In this document: positions 59,089 through 64,000 of the stretch, piece by piece | Numbering within the stretch: the stretch's first letter is position 1 | Layout of the letters: each line of letters starts with the position of its first letter | NCBI GenBank assembly: GCA_963707505.1 | Contig: CAVPQB010000002.1 | Coordinates: 64,001 to 128,000, forward strand | Length of the DNA stretch: 64,000 nucleotides | Origin: an uncultured Gemmatimonadales bacterium | GTDB lineage: Bacteria; Gemmatimonadota; Gemmatimonadetes; Gemmatimonadales; Gemmatimonadaceae | Direction: 5' to 3' | Program-made: the position numbers and the translations under genes | Notes under the pieces: model-generated | Told to the model about the DNA's origin: nothing | Database searches by the model: none | The model's input: only the letters and a program-made list of their open reading frames with translations

Positions 59089-61428
59089 CTACAGCGAATA
59101 CTTCACGCCCGCCACAACGGTACGCTGCGGAAATGGATGAAACAGAAAGTACTTTCGGTCGAGAAGATTATCGACTCCGACAGACGCTCCCCAGTGACGA
59201 TCGACCCGGAAACTTGCGCGCGCATCCATTACGAACCACTCGCTGAATCCCTGATACGTGTTGGGGTTGACGTCCGTGTTATCCAGCGTGGTAAACATCT
59301 TGTCGCTGTAGCGCCCCGCAAGCGAGAAGGCGATTCGCGTATCAGGGTGATAGGTGGCCAGAAATGTCGCGCGCCACTTTGGTATGTTCGGCAGAAACTT
59401 GCCAACCGCAGTACCCGCCTGCGCCGATGCGCTCGCGCGCCCCGAGAGTGCAAGTGTACGTGCGTCGAGATATGTCACGCTTCCGGACAGATCCAGTCCG
59501 TGAAACAGTATTCCCGTGCTGTTACCGGTCAGCTCGACACCACGCGCCCTCACATGATCGACGTTGGAGAGAAACGAGTACAACGTCGGTGAGCTCGGCA
59601 CGAGCGGAAGAAACTGCGAGATGATCGCGTCGTGCACGTCGTCCTGGAACAGCGACAGCTGCACGTCTCCGCGAGCGAAGGAACGTGTTGCACGCAGCTC
59701 GGCGGCCAGATCGTTGTCCGGCTTCAGGTCCGGATCCGGCGACGTGAACGTCGCGCCAGTCGAGACGAGCTGATACAGCTCCGCGGGTGTTGCAAAGCGA
59801 TACGCTTTCGCGACAGACGCGGTGATCTTCCAATCCGGAGCTGCATCCCATGCAAGTACCGCCTTGGGCGAAAACTTCGACGATGTGACTGTGGGTTGAA
59901 TGATGCTCGTGGATCCGTTCACGTTGAATCCGTCGTAACCACGCCAATCCTCGTAGCGACCACCCAGGGTGAGATTCACGGTTGGACTGATGAGCCAATG
60001 CTCCTGCGCCCACAACGCGTACGTGCGCGTCTTGCCGTCGCCCTCGGTCGCTACCGTAGTAAGCGGGCCATTGCGCCAGTCGGGAGTGTTGAATGTCGGG
60101 TTCGCAAGCGCGTAACGGTCCGCGTGCACACCGAACGTCACCGTATGTCTCGCGCCCGGACCTCCGCGATGCCACGCGCCCTTGAGATCGAGCGTGGACC
60201 AGCCGGTGCCATCCAGCACAGCGACCTTGCCCGCGGTTCCGAACGACGCACCGCCCGACACTGTCCCCGGTGTGCGTTGCCGATCCTTGTCGTACTGATA
60301 CAGCGTCCCAACAGCTTCGAAGTCCCAATCGCTCTTCGTATCGGTCCGAAGTGAGAAACTCTGCGACGTATGTGTCTCGTCGAGAGCGTAGAAACCGCTC
60401 GCGAACCCCGTTTGTCCGCCGAATGTCGGTTGACCAGAGTCAGCCAGATACGTATCCACGCTCGACTTTCCGTCATTGTGCCAGAAGCCGACCGTGTACG
60501 CCGCACGAAGCACGGGCGTGATATCGTACGCGAGCTTGATCTTCCCGTTGGTCATTCCGGTGTGAAGCAGACCCGACGCCCCGGGTACGTTGGTCGGCGC
60601 ACCAAGCTTGTTCGCGCTCGCGTAACCACCAGTGGCACCGGTCGGTAGGCTGGCGCTCGTGACGTAGAGCAGCGGCTGACTCTGGCTGTTCTGGTAGCTG
60701 CCGCTTACCCAGAACGAGAACTTGCCGAACCGGTCCCCGACGGTGGCGTTGGTCTGCGAGGTCCCGAAACTTCTGTCGGTCCCGTAGAGATTGAAGTGCT
60801 GCAGCGCCTGCGTCTGCTGCACCGATCCTTCGAGCGAGCTGGGCTGGCGCGTCGTGATCTCCATGACTGCGCCCATCGAGTTGCCTGGGTACGCAGCTGA
60901 GAAAGGCCCATACATCATGTCGATGCGCGCGATCTCCTCAGGAGATATGAGACCCCATCGCGGTCCGCCGATCGTGTTGTTGTTGGCGATCAGCGCGGAA
61001 AGCGGAACGCCGTCGGCGAATACCAGACTGCGCGCACTGGAGCTCACGCCCCAGACGCGCGTTCCGATCGTCGCCTGCGTGTCACCGTAGTTCCGCTTGC
61101 GAATATAGATGCTCGGCAGATACTTCACCGCGTCTTCGGGATCGACGAGATTGACCGTCTCCTTCGCCTTCTGGGCGGTTATGCTCGCCGTCACTGGCAA
61201 CGTGAGAAGCTGGAGCGGAGCGACGTGAGTTTCGCTACCGCGCTTCGCCGTAACCTGGACGGCACGGAGCTTTGCGGTGCTGTCTCGGGCGGTGGTGTCA
61301 CGGACCGGCTGTTGAGCAGCCGGACTGGTCTGTGCACCCAATCGCCCTGCATGCGCCAACAGGCACGCAATAGCTATCAGCAGCACCGAGTGCCGCTTGA
61401 ATGTCCTACCCAACAATTGCGAAATCAT
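59089..61428 (-). CDS. TonB-dependent receptor, probably copper-related
   Basis: Signal peptide; plug EDAVKYLPS..RKRNYGD; YGPFSAAYPGNSMG; C-terminal DNLLDRKYFLFHPFPQRT. Confidence 0.9.
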   Translation of the reverse strand: MISQLLGRTFKRHSVLLIAIACLLAHAGRLGAQTSPAAQQPVRDTTARDSTAKLRAVQVTAKRGSETHVAPLQLLTLPVTASITAQKAKETVNLVDPEDAVKYLPSIYIRKRNYGDTQATIGTRVWGVSSSARSLVFADGVPLSALIANNNTIGGPRWGLISPEEIARIDMMYGPFSAAYPGNSMGAVMEITTRQPSSLEGSVQQTQALQHFNLYGTDRSFGTSQTNATVGDRFGKFSFWVSGSYQNSQSQPLLYVTSASLPTGATGGYASANKLGAPTNVPGASGLLHTGMTNGKIKLAYDITPVLRAAYTVGFWHNDGKSSVDTYLADSGQPTFGGQTGFASGFYALDETHTSQSFSLRTDTKSDWDFEAVGTLYQYDKDRQRTPGTVSGGASFGTAGKVAVLDGTGWSTLDLKGAWHRGGPGARHTVTFGVHADRYALANPTFNTPDWRNGPLTTVATEGDGKTRTYALWAQEHWLISPTVNLTLGGRYEDWRGYDGFNVNGSTSIIQPTVTSSKFSPKAVLAWDAAPDWKITASVAKAYRFATPAELYQLVSTGATFTSPDPDLKPDNDLAAELRATRSFARGDVQLSLFQDDVHDAIISQFLPLVPSSPTLYSFLSNVDHVRARGVELTGNSTGILFHGLDLSGSVTYLDARTLALSGRASASAQAGTAVGKFLPNIPKWRATFLATYHPDTRIAFSLAGRYSDKMFTTLDNTDVNPNTYQGFSEWFVMDARASFRVDRHWGASVGVDNLLDRKYFLFHPFPQRTVVAGVKYSL

Positions 61429-61629
61429 TTATATGGCTCTGAAAACGGCCGGCCGCACTCGCGCGCGCACCTTCCGTGAATCGGTTGTAGTACACGACAC
61501 CGGGCGTCGGATGACGCACTGGTGATGATCGAGTGATGTTATGTGATGATGTTCGTACGAGTAACGCCACCACATTCCATGGCGCGTGAGCCGTACGCGA
61601 GCTACGCTGTCGAGCTGCCGATCAGCGCG

Positions 61630-62052
61630 TCAGATCGAGAGCGCTACGGGAGGACCGTTGGCGAACGGGTGCGCGTAGGGCACCGTCGCGACGGGAGTGC
61701 TCACATCACACGACGGTGCGATCGTCGCGTATTCCATGGTCCTGCTGGCAGCCACGTCCGCGCGCGCGGAAGCCGGCACCAACACCGGCGGCGCACAACA
61801 ACAATCGCTGAGACAGGTGCAGGTTGTGCCAGACCCCTGCGACGGCGTTTCATGATGGCCAGTGCGCTGGGCAGTGCCGCTCTGCGCCGTGGTACCGCCA
61901 GCCATCCCCGGCATTTCGGGCATGCCAACCATCTGCGCTGCGTTGCCACCGTGCATGGCGCACGGGTGCAGCATCATGGGCTCGGTCACTGCAACACCGA
62001 GCCAGATGCCCCACATGGCGGTAACTATGCGAATCCAGAGAGCGCGTCGCAT
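61630..62052 (-). CDS. DUF2946/CruR-like Cys/His-rich upstream leader protein
   Basis: N-terminal hydrophobic helix, HPCAMHG, TCTCLSDCCC, C-terminal PFANGPP. Directly upstream of the TBDR-copCD-ycnI genes. Confidence 0.65.
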   Translation of the reverse strand: MRRALWIRIVTAMWGIWLGVAVTEPMMLHPCAMHGGNAAQMVGMPEMPGMAGGTTAQSGTAQRTGHHETPSQGSGTTCTCLSDCCCAPPVLVPASARADVAASRTMEYATIAPSCDVSTPVATVPYAHPFANGPPVALSI

Positions 62053-62249
62053 CCCGAAACTTACAGAAGAACCTTTGCAAAAGACATCCTCGTCCGCTCG
62101 GGAATGGCGCGCCCGGGGCGAATCGGTGGTGAAACCGCCGACAAAGTGGTCAGGCGATCTCTGACCGGATGATGATCTTCGGCTCCTTCGGGCGGCCTGG
62201 CTTCGGAGTGAGCCAGTCGTTCGAGCCGACGGACGGAGGTACCCTGCGA

Positions 62250-62864
62250 ATGATAAATTCCGGGATGATCCTGAATCAGCTGTTCACAGATCTATTCGTC
62301 CCTGGTGTATCGATCGCAGAGAAGGTTCTGCGCACCGTTCTGGTATACGGCTTTCTCGTCATCCTGCTGAGAGTGGCCGGCAAGCGTACACTCGGGCAGG
62401 TCACATCGTTCGATCTCGTAGTTCTGCTGTTGCTGTCGAATACCGTGCAGAACGCGATAATCGGCAACGACAACTCACTCCTTGGTGGTCTGATTGGTGC
62501 AGTTGTGCTGATCGTGGGTGACTACGTGGTTGTCAGGGCGTTGTACAATCACAGAAAGTTGGATCGCGTAATCGAAGGAGCCACGTCGGTGCTGGTTCAC
62601 CACGGCAAGTTCGTGGACGCAAACATGAAGCATCAGTTGATCACGCGGGCGGAACTCGAAGCCGACATGCGCAAACAGGGCATCGCGCACATGTCAGATG
62701 TGCGCTGCGCGCGAATCGAGACTGGCGGTGCAATCACTTTCGAGCTCGAAAGCCCTACGGAACATGAAAGGCATCTCACTGATCTCGTCGCACGACTCGA
62801 GCGAATCGAGACCATGTTGGAAAGACTGGAAGCGTCGGGCAATGATCAGCAGGCCGATGCATAA
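62250..62864 (+). CDS. DUF421 (YetF) membrane protein
   Basis: LRVAGKRTLGQVTSFDLVVLLLLSNTVQNA, RIETGGAI. Confidence 0.9.
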   Translation: MINSGMILNQLFTDLFVPGVSIAEKVLRTVLVYGFLVILLRVAGKRTLGQVTSFDLVVLLLLSNTVQNAIIGNDNSLLGGLIGAVVLIVGDYVVVRALYNHRKLDRVIEGATSVLVHHGKFVDANMKHQLITRAELEADMRKQGIAHMSDVRCARIETGGAITFELESPTEHERHLTDLVARLERIETMLERLEASGNDQQADA

Positions 62865-62879
62865 CCGCACGGAGCACGG

Positions 62880-63146
62880 GTGAGGATCTGGCACGGACGA
62901 CACGCTGCACCCTTGATCGCCATCTGGCTATTCGCGTTGATCGTCGCGGCGATTCTCTACAGGATCGAGGACATTCAGCCTGCGCTGTCGGATCTCATCC
63001 GGCCAGTCTACGTCATTTTGCTTGCGCTGGCCGTGCTGGTCACGTGGAAGTGGTTCCGAGCGCGCGCAATCGGGACGCAGCACGATCGCAGGCAGGCTGA
63101 TCGCAGACATACGGATCGGCGCGAGGACAGCGACGCCGATCTCTGA
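62880..63146 (+). CDS. Small two-TM membrane protein
   Basis: Two hydrophobic helices and a DRR-repeat tail; GGAG RBS. Confidence 0.6.
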   Translation: MRIWHGRHAAPLIAIWLFALIVAAILYRIEDIQPALSDLIRPVYVILLALAVLVTWKWFRARAIGTQHDRRQADRRHTDRREDSDADL

Positions 63147-63152
63147 TCATGA

Positions 63153-64000
63153 CTACGCCGCTACGGCGTTCTTTACTCCGGTGAGCTGCTCGTTTACCCA
63201 GGTCAGAGACTTGGTATAGAGCCAGGCCATCTGCATCGGCAGCACGCCCAGCGACGACGCGAGCACATCAACCTGGTCCCACTCGCCACGCTGGTACGCA
63301 TCTGCGAGCAACAACGGCTCGGCGTACGGACCACTTCCCTCCATTACAGCCTGGCGAATCTCGTCCGATATACTGACGCGCGCCAGCACGTCGCGCATGG
63401 GCATGCGCAGAAGCACGTCGAGCATGGAGAACAATCCAGTCATGAACAACGCCTGCGGATGCCGTACCTGTGGACTGGATTCCGCGATCAACTCGCAGAG
63501 GCGTGCACGCAACAGCGCCGCGTACACGAGCTGATCGGTGACATCGTTGCCTGTCACCATCGACGAGACCATGAGCAGCGCGAGCCAGCGATACAACATC
63601 TGGCGCCCAACGATGCGGATCGCATAGCCGATCGAGTCGATTCCGCGGCCACCAACCGACGCGGAATTCACGATGCGCAATAGCTTGTACGTGAGCGTTG
63701 GATCGGAACGGAAGCCGCTCTCGATAGATGCATCCGGTGTCTCGTGATCGCGCAACATGTTGAGCAGACGCAGCATCGCCGTCTGTCCTACCTCGATCTC
63801 CTTGCGCGTCACGAGCTCGGGACGGCGATAGAAGTATCCTTGAAAGAGATCGAAGCCGAGCTTCATGCACTCCTGGTGCATGTCCATCGTCTCGACGCGC
63901 TCTGCGAGAATCTGCACCTTGAACGGCCGCAAACGCCGCATCAACGCGGCCAGCTCGCCCGGCTTTCTATGTAGTACGTCGAGTTTGACGATGCCGACGG
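63153..64000 (-). CDS. EAL-HDOD (YuxH-like) protein, 5' partial
   Basis: IVKLDV, LAERVET, GFDLFQGYFY, DPTLTYKLLRIVNSA, FMTGLFSMLD. Confidence 0.9.
   Translation of the reverse strand, partial: VGIVKLDVLHRKPGELAALMRRLRPFKVQILAERVETMDMHQECMKLGFDLFQGYFYRRPELVTRKEIEVGQTAMLRLLNMLRDHETPDASIESGFRSDPTLTYKLLRIVNSASVGGRGIDSIGYAIRIVGRQMLYRWLALLMVSSMVTGNDVTDQLVYAALLRARLCELIAESSPQVRHPQALFMTGLFSMLDVLLRMPMRDVLARVSISDEIRQAVMEGSGPYAEPLLLADAYQRGEWDQVDVLASSLGVLPMQMAWLYTKSLTWVNEQLTGVKNAVAA

Noticed and set aside
61400..61576. His-rich ~55-aa minus-strand ORF (MWWRYSYEHHH...) before the TBDR
   Set aside because: No clear RBS, and it overlaps the TBDR start out of frame. The CAT/CAC richness is better explained as a C-rich untranslated tract.

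Overview
GC-rich bacterial window. The gene content (ADOP-type permease, many TonB and two-component genes, HipA-like kinase plus DUF3037) suggests Gemmatimonadota or a similar lineage; this is inference only. The flanks (about 1-12 kb and 48.7-64 kb) look like core or ordinary accessory genes. They include a YtrA/GntR ABC operon, a frameshifted ATP-grasp plus luciferase-like monooxygenase operon behind a SAM-II-like riboswitch, LytTR/LytS, hipBA, signalling kinases, and a copper-uptake operon with a putative arrest-peptide leader. The centre holds two related elements integrated in tandem at the 3' half of tRNA-Cys(GCA) (48542-48613, minus strand), with displaced tRNA fragments at 16902-16946 and 13961-14006. 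Neither element shows an integrase. Both end in a near-identical ~2.55 kb Fic module that carries a tRNA-Pro fragment. The small element (~2.9 kb) is only Fic plus an IS3-family stub. The large one (~31.6 kb) carries three cargo blocks. (i) A class III (LanKC) lanthipeptide cluster with four 42-44 aa precursor genes not resolved in the ORF track (three absent, one hidden in a longer ORF), sharing an unusual Cys-first core C-x2-S-x2-S-C-x-S-x2-S-C-x-S-x2-S, plus exporters, regulators and an S9 peptidase. (ii) A LanC pseudogene and a HEPN-like DUF4209 protein. (iii) A complete type II CBASS (Cap4-SAVED, CdnD-like CD-NTase, Cap2, Cap3). The lanthipeptide cluster is the best candidate for an undescribed system.
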